Below, in pieces: positions 48,077 to 58,149 of a stretch of DNA of 64,000 nucleotides. The position numbers were made by a program, and so were the translations under genes. The notes under the pieces are model-generated. The model was not told the origin of the DNA. It saw only the letters and a program-made list of their open reading frames with translations, and did no database searches. Source of the stretch: Marispirochaeta sp. (GTDB taxonomy: Bacteria; Spirochaetota; Spirochaetia; JC444; Marispirochaetaceae); NCBI GenBank assembly GCA_963676835.2, contig CAXXFF010000002.1, positions 928,001 through 992,000 of the forward strand, in the 5' to 3' direction. The number at the start of each line of letters is the position of its first letter. Within the stretch, counting starts at the first letter, position 1.

Positions 48077-49603
48077 ATGTTTGAAGGACTTAGAATGTTT
48101 CTGGAGAGCCTTGGTGGATTCTTATCTCTCAAGATTCTTTTTGATGTATTATGGAGTACCCAGTTAGGCATTATCGTAGGAATGCTTCCCGGCCTGACAG
48201 CCACCATGGGTGTTGCCCTTATGACCACCCTCACCTACAAGATGTCCGCCGATAATGCGGTGCTTATTCTTATGTGTATGTACATCGGCGCCATATACGG
48301 CGGAAGCCGGTCGGCAATTCTGCTTAACATTCCCGGTACCCCCGCCAATGCGGCTACTTCTGTCGATGGTCATCCCCTGGCGCGGCAGGGCAGGGCTGGA
48401 GAAGCAATCGGGATAGGCACAACCGGAAGTTTTCTCGGCTCTGTTGTGGGCATGCTGATGCTGGCTCTGTTTACCCCTATTCTGGGAAACTTTGCCCTCG
48501 ATTTTCAGTCCTATGAGTTCTTCTGGCTGGCTATTTTCGGCATTATTATTTCCGGCAACCTGACTGCTCCCAAGGATCCTCTTAAGGGATGGATTTCGGG
48601 CTTCCTCGGACTCTTTGTTGCCATGATAGGCATGGAGGGTATCCACGCCCACATCCGTTTCGCCTTCGGCAATGTTAATCTTTCCGGAGGAATTGATCTG
48701 TTACCCGCCATGGTCGGCGCCTTCGGTATGGCTGAGATTCTTTCTCTTATGAAGAGTCCACGGTCTGAAGTAATCAACACGGAGATAAAAAATGTCCTGC
48801 CCCGGCCGAAGCAGATTCTCAAATACAAGAAGACCATCCTCCGCTCAGGGATTATCGGTACCTTTGTCGGTGCCATCCCCGGGGTGGGTGAAGATATTGC
48901 CGCCTGGGTAAGCTATGATTTTGCCAAGCGGGGAAGCAAGGAGAAGGAGCTCTTCGGCAAGGGAAGTACCGAAGGCCTTATCGCCTCGGAAACCGGGAAC
49001 AATGCAGCTGCTGCCGGGGCGGTTATTCCGGTACTTTCCCTGGCTATTCCCGGTTCTGCCCCGGCTGCGGTACTGCTTGCAGCCATGTTTATTCATGGTA
49101 TCCGTCCGGGGCCGCTGATTATGATCGAGTCTCCGGAGTTTGTGTATAAAGTTGTGGCCATGGTTTTTCTGGCAACCTTTGCCATGTTTATTCTTGGGCT
49201 CTCCATGGTCCGTACCCTGGTGAAGGTTCTGCAGGTGCCGAGGACAAAACTGATTCCGGTAATATTTACCCTCTGTGTTATCGGTTCCTATGCCCTTGCC
49301 AGCCGCACCTTCGATGTCCGGGTAATGATATTCTTCGGTGTTCTCGGGTTTCTTATGCGGGAGATGGAGTATCCTGTGGCTCCCATGATTCTGGGAATTA
49401 TTCTGGGGGGGATTCTGGATAAAAACCTGCGCCGAGCCCTGGTAATTTCCGACGGAAATTTCTGGCCTTTCGTAACCCGTCCCATATGTCTGGTGCTGAT
49501 GGTTTTTATTCTCTTTGCCATCGTCGGCCGTATGAACTGGTTTATAAAATTAAAAAATGCCCTGTTTGCAAAGCTGGGGCGGGGAGAACGTTCAAATGCA
49601 TAA
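48077..49603 (+). CDS. tctA: Tripartite tricarboxylate transporter large permease
   Basis: GMLPGL, YGGSRSAILLNIPGTP, DGHPLARQG, ETGNNA, IPGS. Confidence 0.92.
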   Translation: MFEGLRMFLESLGGFLSLKILFDVLWSTQLGIIVGMLPGLTATMGVALMTTLTYKMSADNAVLILMCMYIGAIYGGSRSAILLNIPGTPANAATSVDGHPLARQGRAGEAIGIGTTGSFLGSVVGMLMLALFTPILGNFALDFQSYEFFWLAIFGIIISGNLTAPKDPLKGWISGFLGLFVAMIGMEGIHAHIRFAFGNVNLSGGIDLLPAMVGAFGMAEILSLMKSPRSEVINTEIKNVLPRPKQILKYKKTILRSGIIGTFVGAIPGVGEDIAAWVSYDFAKRGSKEKELFGKGSTEGLIASETGNNAAAAGAVIPVLSLAIPGSAPAAVLLAAMFIHGIRPGPLIMIESPEFVYKVVAMVFLATFAMFILGLSMVRTLVKVLQVPRTKLIPVIFTLCVIGSYALASRTFDVRVMIFFGVLGFLMREMEYPVAPMILGIILGGILDKNLRRALVISDGNFWPFVTRPICLVLMVFILFAIVGRMNWFIKLKNALFAKLGRGERSNA

Positions 49604-50774
49604 AAAATCCATTAAGGCAGGAATTCTGGGAAGCGGCTTTTCTGCAAAGTTTCATTACGAAGCATTGTTGCGGGTATACGGTGCAGATATCGAGGTTGCC
49701 GGTGTTTACTCACCTAACCCGAAGAACTGCGGCGGTTTTGCAGAAGAGCGGGGATTGAAGGCGTTCAGTTCGGCGGAGGCGCTGATGGAAGCCTGCGATG
49801 TGGTACATATCTGTACGCCTCCTTCAACCCACGAGGATTTAGCCGTAAAAGCTCTAAGACTGGGAAAATATGCCATTGTAGAAAAGCCTTTTACCGGATT
49901 TTTTGGTAAGGGCGTGGAGAACTTCAACGGTGATACCTTCGACCGTGAGTATGGACTCAACCAGGCCATGGAAAGTCTTCAGCGTGTTCTTGAGGCGGAA
50001 AAGAGCAGTTCCGCCAGGATTCTTTACGCTGAGAACTGGGTGTATGCTCCTGCTGTTCAGAAGGAGCGGGAAGTGCTGGAAAAAACCGGCGGGCAGATTC
50101 TCTGGCTCCATGGACAGGAGAGCCACAGCGGTTCACACTCCGATTTCTACGGTGACTGGTCATTTTCCGGCGGCGGATCCATTATGGGGAAATCAGTCCA
50201 TCCCCTGACGGCATCACTCTATCTGAAGAGCGTTGAAGGCCGTGTCCGGGGGGAGGCGATTCGACCTGTAACGGTGAGTGCAAGAACCCATGCCCTTACC
50301 AGGCTGGATAATTTTCAGAACGACGGATTCCTGCGCACAGGCTACAAGGACATAGAAGATTTCGGTGCCCTGCATATTACTTTTTCCGACGGAACTGTGG
50401 CCGATATTTTTTCCTGTGAACTTATCATGGGGGGTGTCTATAACCATCTGGAGGTAAGCGCAAGCAATCACCGAACCATCATCAACATCAATCCCAATAC
50501 TGCAATGCAGACCTACAATCCCAAAGCATCCCAATTTAACGACATCTATGTGGTGGAGAAAATCGGGACAAAAGAAGGCTGGGCATGTACATCTCCCGAT
50601 GAGGACTGGTTTACCGGCTATCAAAACGAGATGGAGAGCTTTTACCACAACGCCCTTGAGAACACGGTACCGGAATCGGACAGCAGGCTGGCTTCAGATA
50701 CCATTGCGGTGGTCTATGCAGCCTACCTTTCCGCGGAGCGGAAGGGGCAGGAGGTGAAAATTCCCTTGATATAG
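49596..50774 (+). CDS. Gfo/Idh/MocA-family NAD(P)-dependent oxidoreductase
   Basis: GILGSGF, ICTPPSTH, VEKP, GGGSIM...HP. ATG 49596; ORF track starts at 49557. Confidence 0.88.
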   Translation: MHKKSIKAGILGSGFSAKFHYEALLRVYGADIEVAGVYSPNPKNCGGFAEERGLKAFSSAEALMEACDVVHICTPPSTHEDLAVKALRLGKYAIVEKPFTGFFGKGVENFNGDTFDREYGLNQAMESLQRVLEAEKSSSARILYAENWVYAPAVQKEREVLEKTGGQILWLHGQESHSGSHSDFYGDWSFSGGGSIMGKSVHPLTASLYLKSVEGRVRGEAIRPVTVSARTHALTRLDNFQNDGFLRTGYKDIEDFGALHITFSDGTVADIFSCELIMGGVYNHLEVSASNHRTIININPNTAMQTYNPKASQFNDIYVVEKIGTKEGWACTSPDEDWFTGYQNEMESFYHNALENTVPESDSRLASDTIAVVYAAYLSAERKGQEVKIPLI

Positions 50775-50895
50775 GGCTGTTTATATTGGAAAATACACAG
50801 AGAGCACACCAACCCGGGAAAAACGATTTTTATTGACCGTTAAATATATAGAAATTACTATATAAGTATCAAATTGGAAAAAAGGTAACAGTCAG

Positions 50896-52254
50896 ATGAA
50901 ACCAATGGTTTCTGTTGCCCTCCTGGCCGGCGTGCTCTTTGTTACTCCCTCCGCTGCACTTGATTTTCCCACAGTGTCCGGACAGGTCGATGCAACCTTC
51001 GATGTAATTGCCGCACAGATAGAGCTTGAACAGGCGCAAAAGAGTGTTCAGCTCCAGCGCTATCCGGAGGATTATTCTCTTTCTCTGAACCCCACAACAA
51101 AGGTTACCAGTCTGGTTGATGGTGATTTTGGGGAAGAGGTAGCGGTAAGCGCCAATATCCAGATTAAAGCGCCGGTGGGCATGTCGGCCCTGGAAAAAGA
51201 GAGGCTTGCTTTTGCCCTGGACTCTCTAGAAATCGCTGATACTTCTCTGTCGATTGTGCAGTTCCAGGCCTATGAAAAACTTTTCAGCTTGTACCAGGCA
51301 GCCTGGCTGCTTCAGCAGGAACAGTCTGTAATAGAGCTGGAACTCGGGGCGGCTGAATTATACCGGGAAACCCTGCTTGAACAGTTTCAGGCGGGCCGGG
51401 CCAATATGGCAGGTTTATCCTCCGCGGAGGAGGACTACGCCGAACTGGAGAATGCCCTTACCCAGAACCAGCTGGAACAGCGCCTTGCCTGGTTTGCCCT
51501 GGTCTCATACGGCCAGATGAATCTTGAGCCGGAAAAGCTGGACAGTTTCAGCCTTCAGACAGAAGAGATCCCGGAACCCCCGGAACTTGCAGTTTGGCTT
51601 AAAGAGAATCACCCCTCGCTTAAAGGTGAGTATGTAAAGGTCCGGCAGCTGCAGCAGACCATGGAGCGGCTTGAATCTCCGGATATCGGCGTTGGGATCA
51701 AGCCCTTCTATACCTATGAGGACCATTCCGCTTCTTTAACCTTCGATCCCTACAATCCGGGATTTACCGGTTCCTACAGTTTTCCCCTGCAGACCTTCGG
51801 AGAGATTCCGTCCGGTTCGGGAAGCTCGGTGAGTACCTGGAGCACCGGCCTGACTGTGGAGTTTTCCATTGGGTCCAACAAAAATGATTCTCTGGAAGCA
51901 GAGGTTCTATCCCTGGATCTTAAAACCGCTGAGAGCAGAATTGCCTATCTTACGGATTCCCTTAATCTGAGTCTGAGGTCTGCATATCAGAAATACCTGC
52001 GCAGTCAGGATCTTCTGGAGCAGGCCAGGATGAATCTCCTCCGCAGTGAAAGCAACCTTCGCCTTGTAGGTGAAATGGACCGGTCCGGCAGAGTAACGGT
52101 TTACGACCGGCGCGAAGCTGAGGCTGTTGCCGCCAGAGACCGCTGGAAGATTGAATCTGCCCGGATCGAAACAGAAAAGGCCTGGCTGGATCTTCTGGAT
52201 CAGGCCGTATGGTTTGATCAGGTCTCTATTCCCGGGAGGGTGAACAATGAGTGA
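50896..52254 (+). CDS. TolC-like outer membrane efflux protein
   Basis: Signal peptide, duplicated helical repeats (QFQAGRA, DRSGRVT). First gene of the RND operon; TTGACC-N17-TACTAT promoter at 50833-50861. Confidence 0.7.
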   Translation: MKPMVSVALLAGVLFVTPSAALDFPTVSGQVDATFDVIAAQIELEQAQKSVQLQRYPEDYSLSLNPTTKVTSLVDGDFGEEVAVSANIQIKAPVGMSALEKERLAFALDSLEIADTSLSIVQFQAYEKLFSLYQAAWLLQQEQSVIELELGAAELYRETLLEQFQAGRANMAGLSSAEEDYAELENALTQNQLEQRLAWFALVSYGQMNLEPEKLDSFSLQTEEIPEPPELAVWLKENHPSLKGEYVKVRQLQQTMERLESPDIGVGIKPFYTYEDHSASLTFDPYNPGFTGSYSFPLQTFGEIPSGSGSSVSTWSTGLTVEFSIGSNKNDSLEAEVLSLDLKTAESRIAYLTDSLNLSLRSAYQKYLRSQDLLEQARMNLLRSESNLRLVGEMDRSGRVTVYDRREAEAVAARDRWKIESARIETEKAWLDLLDQAVWFDQVSIPGRVNNE

Positions 52255-55200
52255 AAAACAGAATTTCTTAAGCAGAATCTCAGCGGTTTCAGTCGACCGT
52301 TACCGAATAGTCTATCTCCTTATGATCCTGCTGGTTATGGCAGGATTTTTTTATTACACAATCCTTCCCCGGGAATCGAAGCCCGAGGTTGTCTTTCCCA
52401 AAATCAAGGTGAACGTAAATTATCCGGGAGCATCTCCGGTGGATGTAGAGGCTCTGATTACCAACCGGCTGGAGGCTGTGCTGTCTACCGTGGAAGATGT
52501 GGAGTTTATGACCTCTTCGTCCCTGGCAGGAAGGTCGGAGATTCAGCTTGATTTCTTTCCCGAAGCAGACATAGCGGAAAAGCTCAACGAGGTAAACCAG
52601 GCGGTCTTTTCCATCCAGGATTTTCCCGATGAGGCTGAAGCGCCGGCGGTAAAGGTCTCTACCACGGCCAACCGGGCCTTTATGGTTCTCAGTCTGAGCG
52701 GAGATCTCAGCCCCTCGGAGCTGAAAACAGCTGCCGACTCCCTTTTTGATGAGCTTCTGAGTATAAAGGGAGTTAACGATGTGCGTATGTCCGGAGACCG
52801 CAAGGAGGAACTCCGGGTAACGGTTGACCCTGCCAGGCTTGCCGAGTTTAACCTGACCATGGACAGTCTTGTTCAGGCTATTCGGCTGCGCCATAAAGAT
52901 ACCCCCGCCGGAGACGCTATTCTTGACGGCAGTCATTATTACATCCGGGTTATGGGAACCTACAACGGGGCAGATGAATTGGGGCGCACCCTGATTAACC
53001 TGCCCGGAGGGGGAACCATTTTTCTTAAGGATCTTGCTGCTGTAGAAGAGACCTACGAGCCGGTAAAAACCTATTCGCGCCGATCGGTAAACCTGGGAAC
53101 TGACAGCGCAGCCATGAAATCGGCTATTACCCTCTCCCTCTACCGGGATGGGGGCACGGACATCATCGGACCCAGCCAGGCGGTGAAGGATCTTATCAGC
53201 GGCGATAAGGCCGCATCTTTCCCGGAGGGGCTGGATATTCAGGTGATTCAGGATGATGCTGTTACAGTCCAGGAAGATCTGGATGCGGTGCTGGAGAATG
53301 CCGTCTCCGGTCTGCTTATTGTTGTGCTGGTTCTCTTTCTCTTTCTGGGGTTGAGGGAAGCGCTTATAACTGCTCTGATAATTCCCTTCTCCCTGTTTAT
53401 TGCATTCTTTGCAATGAACAGCATCGGTATGACTTTTAACACCATGACCCTGCTGGCCATGATAATCGCCCTGGGTCTGCTGGTGGATAACGCAATTGTG
53501 GTAATGGAGAATATCGCCATCTACCGCGAACGGGGTCTTTCCCGCTACCAGGCTGCCCGGCAGGGAAGCGCCGAGGTTGCACCATCTATTTTCGCCGCTA
53601 CTCTTACCACTATGGTTGCCTTTATTCCCATCGCGTTTATGGGCGGACGCATTGGTCTTATTGTAAGCGTAATTCCCGTGACCATTATTTTTATCATCGG
53701 GGCGTCCCTGCTGATTGCCCTTACGGTAACTCCAACCTTAAGTTCCCGGATGCTGAAGAAGGTCCATAGTTCGCATAGTGAACCCCGTCAGTTCTCCCTT
53801 GCCCGGGAACTTACGGAAGGGTTTATTGTTCTGGTTCTTTTTTCCGCTGCTTTTACCAGCAAGGGCCGGCCGGGGCTTTTGTCCCTTACGACGGGTCTGG
53901 TAATGGCTGTAATTCTCGGGGTTAGAATTTTCTCCCGTTACAAACAGGTCAACCTTTTTGACAAAATCGCGGATCTATACCGGCAGACCCTTACCCGGCT
54001 TGTGTCGAAAAAACGCAACAGGGTGCTTGTTCCTCTGGTTACCCTGTTTGCCCTTGTTGCGGTTCTGTCCACACTGCCTCTTGGTTTGTTGAAGATCGAA
54101 CTCTTTCCGGTAATGGATGAATCGTCCCTCTATATTACCCTCACAACTCCCCAGTACAGCACTCTGGAGGACACCGACCAAGCGGCTCGCAAAATAGAAG
54201 CGTCAGTCCTGTCCTTAAGCGGCATAAGTTCCATTTACTCGGAAGTGGGCGTAGACAGCCTGCGGGAAGCTGAAGTGATCCTCAATCTTAAGCCCCGGGA
54301 GGAACGCTCCTGGACCACCAAAGAGATGGTCTCCCAGCTGATGAAAGAGTTTCTGACCATTCCCGGTATCAAGGTGACCATCGGAACCTCCGCCGGAGGC
54401 AAGACCGCGAACAGTCCCGTACAGATACGGCTGACAGGTACCGGAGGGGATATAGAGTCTCTGTACTCCTCTGCGGGAGAAACCTTGAAGCTTCTGGCAC
54501 AGGTTGAAGGCATCGGTAACCCGGTTACCGATATTGAGCCAGGGTATCCGGAGGTTCAGGTTCTTGTCCGCCAGCTTGAAGCCGCCGATCTCGGCCTCGA
54601 TTCAACGACGATAGGAAATCTGGTAAAGACCGTGGTCAACGGACAGACCGCAGGAACTCTCCTTGCGGGAGAACAGGAAATTCCCATCCGTTTTACCATC
54701 ACTGATGACAAACTGGATTCGGTGCAGGATCTTGAAAAGATTATTGTTACCCTGAAGGACGGCAGCCGGGTTCCCCTGACTCAGGTTGTCTCAATCGCCG
54801 AAACAAGCGGTATCGGCACCATCCGGCACAATGGAGGCGACCGGGCGGTGATGCTCTATGCCCAGCTGCTGCCGGATGCAAACCTGAAGGATATTGTAAA
54901 CAGCTTTGACAGGATCGCCGCAGAACAGGGTCTTCCCGGAGGCATCTCTTATGAGTGGTCCGGAGATGCCGCCGATCTTGACTCCTCTTTCAGTGAGATG
55001 ACGGTAAACCTGATAATAGCCCTGCTTGCGGTATTTCTGATTCTCACCATTCAGTTCGATTCACTAATGCAGTCTCTGGTAATTCTGCTCTCAGTTCCCA
55101 TGTCGGTAATCGGCGTCTTTTCCGGGCTGCTATTAACGGGTAATAATTTCGGCCTCTATGCCTTCATGGGGGTAATTGCTCTTGTGGGTATTGCCGTCAA

Positions 55201-55516
55201 CGATGCCATCGTTCTGGTTGATACGGTCAACCGAAACCGCAGCGGGGGCATGGCCATGCTCGATGCCCTGACGGATGCAGGCAAAAGCAGGTTCGGCCCG
55301 GTACTTGCCACAACCCTGACCACCATCGGCGGAATCCTTCCCCTGGCATTCAAGGATGAGAACTTCGCCCAGCTGAGCATTACCCTGATTTCCGGACTTA
55401 TCGCGTCCACAGTGCTGACCCTGGTGGTACTTCCAACTATCTATTCCATAGTGGAGGAGTCCAAGGTCCGCTTTAAAAAAGTTATTCCCGTTTTTACCGA
55501 GGAGGAAAAAGGATGA
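52247..55516 (+). CDS. RND efflux permease (AcrB/AcrD/AcrF family)
   Basis: 1089 aa. YPGASP.DVE, GLLVDNAIVV.ENI, GIAVNDAIVLVD, RFGPVLATTLTT. Confidence 0.92.
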   Translation: MSEKQNFLSRISAVSVDRYRIVYLLMILLVMAGFFYYTILPRESKPEVVFPKIKVNVNYPGASPVDVEALITNRLEAVLSTVEDVEFMTSSSLAGRSEIQLDFFPEADIAEKLNEVNQAVFSIQDFPDEAEAPAVKVSTTANRAFMVLSLSGDLSPSELKTAADSLFDELLSIKGVNDVRMSGDRKEELRVTVDPARLAEFNLTMDSLVQAIRLRHKDTPAGDAILDGSHYYIRVMGTYNGADELGRTLINLPGGGTIFLKDLAAVEETYEPVKTYSRRSVNLGTDSAAMKSAITLSLYRDGGTDIIGPSQAVKDLISGDKAASFPEGLDIQVIQDDAVTVQEDLDAVLENAVSGLLIVVLVLFLFLGLREALITALIIPFSLFIAFFAMNSIGMTFNTMTLLAMIIALGLLVDNAIVVMENIAIYRERGLSRYQAARQGSAEVAPSIFAATLTTMVAFIPIAFMGGRIGLIVSVIPVTIIFIIGASLLIALTVTPTLSSRMLKKVHSSHSEPRQFSLARELTEGFIVLVLFSAAFTSKGRPGLLSLTTGLVMAVILGVRIFSRYKQVNLFDKIADLYRQTLTRLVSKKRNRVLVPLVTLFALVAVLSTLPLGLLKIELFPVMDESSLYITLTTPQYSTLEDTDQAARKIEASVLSLSGISSIYSEVGVDSLREAEVILNLKPREERSWTTKEMVSQLMKEFLTIPGIKVTIGTSAGGKTANSPVQIRLTGTGGDIESLYSSAGETLKLLAQVEGIGNPVTDIEPGYPEVQVLVRQLEAADLGLDSTTIGNLVKTVVNGQTAGTLLAGEQEIPIRFTITDDKLDSVQDLEKIIVTLKDGSRVPLTQVVSIAETSGIGTIRHNGGDRAVMLYAQLLPDANLKDIVNSFDRIAAEQGLPGGISYEWSGDAADLDSSFSEMTVNLIIALLAVFLILTIQFDSLMQSLVILLSVPMSVIGVFSGLLLTGNNFGLYAFMGVIALVGIAVNDAIVLVDTVNRNRSGGMAMLDALTDAGKSRFGPVLATTLTTIGGILPLAFKDENFAQLSITLISGLIASTVLTLVVLPTIYSIVEESKVRFKKVIPVFTEEEKG

Positions 55517-56850
55517 ACCATAAATTAACCATACCCATGATAATTCTTACCGGACTTCTGTTTTTTACTGCTTCCTGCAGTCAGTCCGAACCGGCAGCAT
55601 CTTCGGATACAGCTAAGGCTCCTGCTGCAGCCCCGGCAGTTGATCTCTCTGTTCCCCCTCCCGGTTCAAGTGCTGACCAGGCCAAGTGGGATTCCTTTAC
55701 GGCTGAGAAAAAGCAGGAGTCCTGGGATAAGTACCTTGCATCTCTGGAAGCTGCAGCCCCTGACTCTGCGGCAGCAGAAGCTGCACCGGTGGAGGAAAAG
55801 AAACCCGGGAGCCGGGCCAGTGTAGTTGCGGTAGCGGTGGGAAAGTTAACCAGAGCTCCCATGGAGGTTTTTTACTATAACCTCGGCGAACTGCGGGCCG
55901 GGGGCGAAATGCGCATCAATCCCCAGTCCACAGGAATAGTTGCTTCTCTGTATGTTAGGGAAGGTGACTTTGTCGAACCCGGTGACCTCCTCTTTTCCCT
56001 CGATAACAACGATCTGGTAAAAAGCATGGAGCGTACCTCGGAGAAATGGAACACCGATCTTGAACTTGCGGAGATAAAGCTGAACGAGGCCCTGGAGAAT
56101 TATGAGACAACCAACAGCCTCTACGCAAAAGAGCTGGTCTCCCGGTCGGAGTTTGAGAAGGCAAAACAGGCCTACGATGAAGCTCAGCTGAATTTTGAGA
56201 AAACCCAGCTGGGGAAAACATCGGAGCTTGAGAATCTGCAGGAAAATCTGCGGACTACTCTGGCGATAAGTCCCGGAAGAGGATATGTCTCGGAGATCTC
56301 CTTTTCCCGGGGAGAAACGGTTAACTCTGCTGACTACGTGGAAATTATTGATATTGAAAAGATAGCAGTGAGCATAAGGGTTCCGGAAAATATTATTACC
56401 AGAGTAAAACCGGGCCAGCAGGTTTTTGCCAAGAAGGCTTCGGCCCCGGATTATGTGCTGGAAGGCACTGTCAGCTTTGTCGGCCTCAAAGCGGACAGTA
56501 ACCGCAGCTATGAGGTCGTAGCGGAGTTTGACAACAGCAGCCAGAAACTGCTTCCGGGAATGCTTATTGAAGCCCAGATCAAGCTGATGCAGTACAGTCC
56601 CAATTTTGTGGTTCCCAAGTCCAGCGTGGTTATGGAAAGCGCCGGGCAGTTTATTTTCAGGATTAAGGATAACGCAGCAGAAAAGGTTCCTGTGGAACTG
56701 GGCCGTACCCGGGGCGAGCTGATACAGGTAAGCGGCCCGCTGAAAGAGGGTGATGTTTTTGTTCTTTCCGGCCAGACCTATCTGCAGAAGGGAACGTCTG
56801 TTACCGTCTCAGAGGAGCGGGAATACCTGCCTGCCAGGGCGGAGCTTTAG
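55513..56850 (+). CDS. RND periplasmic adaptor (membrane fusion) lipoprotein
   Basis: Lipobox TASC, Pro/Ala linker, lipoyl half-motif VREGDFVEPGDLLF, coiled coil, LLPGM. Confidence 0.88.
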   Translation: MNHKLTIPMIILTGLLFFTASCSQSEPAASSDTAKAPAAAPAVDLSVPPPGSSADQAKWDSFTAEKKQESWDKYLASLEAAAPDSAAAEAAPVEEKKPGSRASVVAVAVGKLTRAPMEVFYYNLGELRAGGEMRINPQSTGIVASLYVREGDFVEPGDLLFSLDNNDLVKSMERTSEKWNTDLELAEIKLNEALENYETTNSLYAKELVSRSEFEKAKQAYDEAQLNFEKTQLGKTSELENLQENLRTTLAISPGRGYVSEISFSRGETVNSADYVEIIDIEKIAVSIRVPENIITRVKPGQQVFAKKASAPDYVLEGTVSFVGLKADSNRSYEVVAEFDNSSQKLLPGMLIEAQIKLMQYSPNFVVPKSSVVMESAGQFIFRIKDNAAEKVPVELGRTRGELIQVSGPLKEGDVFVLSGQTYLQKGTSVTVSEEREYLPARAEL

Positions 56851-56868
56851 GCAGATAAGTAGGCCGAG

Positions 56869-57216
56869 ATGTATTACCTCATAAAGCTTGCAGTTTCTGC
56901 AGTTATTATTGTGCTTGTAAGTGAAGTGGCAAAAAGAAGCTCCCTTTTCGGTGCCCTTATTGCCGCTTTACCTTTAACTTCCCTGCTTGCCATATTCTGG
57001 ATGAAAATGGAGAAGACGGAAGTCAGTACAATTTCCAGTCTTTCATACGCAATTTTCTGGCTGGTAATACCTTCACTTCTCTTCTTTCTTATTTTTCCCA
57101 TCCTTCTGAACAAAGGAATTGCTTTCTGGCTGAGTTTTACTGTGGCTTCGGTAAGTACCACTGCTGCGTACCTTTTGCTCGTAAGGATTTTAAAACTCTT
57201 TGGTATTGAGCTGTGA
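56869..57216 (+). CDS. Small membrane protein (DUF3147-like)
   Basis: SEVAKRS..GALIAALPLTSLL, 4 TM helices. Confidence 0.7.
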   Translation: MYYLIKLAVSAVIIVLVSEVAKRSSLFGALIAALPLTSLLAIFWMKMEKTEVSTISSLSYAIFWLVIPSLLFFLIFPILLNKGIAFWLSFTVASVSTTAAYLLLVRILKLFGIEL

Positions 57217-57381
57217 TGGAACTCTCCAAAGGCGGGGCAAAGATCGTGAGCTCCGCCTGTTCGGGGGAAGAGAGTATTCTGTATGCCCTTTCTATAAAAT
57301 GGTAATTACCAGCATCATATATACCATCTCCCTGCGGAACCGTTATACTGTTTACCTACAGAAGTTACAGGGAGATGAAAA

Positions 57382-58137
57382 ATGAGTAGCAGAAAGATCG
57401 TTCTTATTACCGGTGCAAGTCAGGGTATCGGAGCCGCCGTATCACGTGCTTTTGCGGAAAGCGGATTTACCGTAGTCCTGGCCGCCCGCAGGGAAGATAA
57501 ACTTAAAGAAGTGATTGCAGGTTTCGGCGAAGCCGGGAAAAACTGTCATGCTGTTCCCTGCGATGTATCTGATCCTGTCTCAGTGGACTCCCTCTATGCA
57601 GCCATACAGGAAAAGCTGGGACGTCTGGATGTAGTATTCAACAATGCCGGTATCAACTGTCCTCCCGACCTTGTGGGGGACGTTGAGTTTGAAAACTGGC
57701 GTAAAGTACTGTCGGTAAATCTCGATGGTTCTTTTCTTATCGCCCGGGGAGCTTTCCGCCTTATGCGGGATCAGAACCCTCAGGGCGGACGGATTATCAA
57801 TAACGGTTCCATCTCCGCCCACGCACCCCGGCCCGGGCAGGCTCCCTATACTGCATCCAAACACGCCATAACCGGCCTGACCAAGGCGATTGCTTTGGAC
57901 GGACGGCCCTTCAATATTGTCTGCAGCCAGATTGACATCGGCAATGCCGCATCGGCCATGACAGCCAGTATGGCCAACGGTGTGCTTCAGGCCGACGGCA
58001 GCATGAAGCCGGAACCTACCATGGATGTAAACGATGTCGCCCGTACTCTGGTTCACATGGCATCCATGCCTCTGGAATCGAATATGCTCTTTACCACCAT
58101 TATGGCAACCAAGGCTCCGTTTGTCGGCCGGGGATAA
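57382..58137 (+). CDS. Short-chain dehydrogenase/reductase
   Basis: TGASQGIG, FNNAG, NNGSIS, YTASK, QIDIGNA. Confidence 0.9.
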   Translation: MSSRKIVLITGASQGIGAAVSRAFAESGFTVVLAARREDKLKEVIAGFGEAGKNCHAVPCDVSDPVSVDSLYAAIQEKLGRLDVVFNNAGINCPPDLVGDVEFENWRKVLSVNLDGSFLIARGAFRLMRDQNPQGGRIINNGSISAHAPRPGQAPYTASKHAITGLTKAIALDGRPFNIVCSQIDIGNAASAMTASMANGVLQADGSMKPEPTMDVNDVARTLVHMASMPLESNMLFTTIMATKAPFVGRG

Positions 58138-58149
58138 GTAAAGAATATT

